Shown here in pieces: positions 29,187 to 29,199 of a DNA stretch of 29,199 nt; within the stretch, counting starts at the first letter, position 1, and every line of letters begins with the position of its first letter. The notes under the pieces are model-generated. The model did not search any database, was not told the DNA's origin, and saw only the letters and a program-made list of their open reading frames with translations. This stretch comes from a virus, in IMG/VR virus record IMGVR_UViG_3300028591_004246, positions 64,001 through 93,199 of that record, one strand, 5' to 3'. The position numbers and the translations under genes are program-made.

Positions 29187-29199
29187 TTTATCTCCTTTT

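Noticed and set aside
1-29199. Interpretation as a Mycoplasma/Spiroplasma (Mollicutes) chromosome or phage because of TGA=Trp, AT-richness and DUF285 repeats
   Set aside because: The lysis cassette encodes a multi-domain peptidoglycan hydrolase with a cell-wall-binding domain, which is useless against wall-less hosts. The replication genes almost completely avoid TGA, whereas Mollicutes use TGA for most Trp in all genes.

Overview
This is an AT-rich (roughly 27-28% GC) segment of a large tailed-phage or prophage genome that reads TGA as Trp. Positions 1-13.9 kb hold a rightward early module for replication, nucleotide metabolism and recombination. It contains a DnaG-like primase, a RecJ-like DHH exonuclease, a DnaE-type Pol III alpha subunit with a PHP domain, a glutaredoxin/NrdH-like protein, the anaerobic class III RNR genes NrdD and NrdG, a dUTPase, a RuvC-like resolvase, an SPFH/band-7 protein, a lipoprotein and several small ORFs. 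Positions 13.9-29.2 kb hold a leftward late module that converges on a bidirectional terminator near 13.9 kb. Read in transcription order, it consists of one uninterrupted 3,923-codon ORF (17415..29186, BspA/DUF285-type LRR repeats, apparently two paralogous modules fused in frame), then a 208-aa ORF, a GC-rich 266-aa repeat protein, a holin, and a GH25+CHAP+PG-binding endolysin. The fragmented minus-strand ORFs in the supplied track belong to a single frame and are joined by in-frame TGA codons. I counted about 7 TGA-Trp codons in roughly 5,000 early codons and more than 80 in roughly 4,900 late codons. A GC-rich heptamer TGCGGGA occurs 16 times exactly (both strands), far above what composition predicts. 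I found no tRNA, rRNA, CRISPR array, integrase or transposase in the window.
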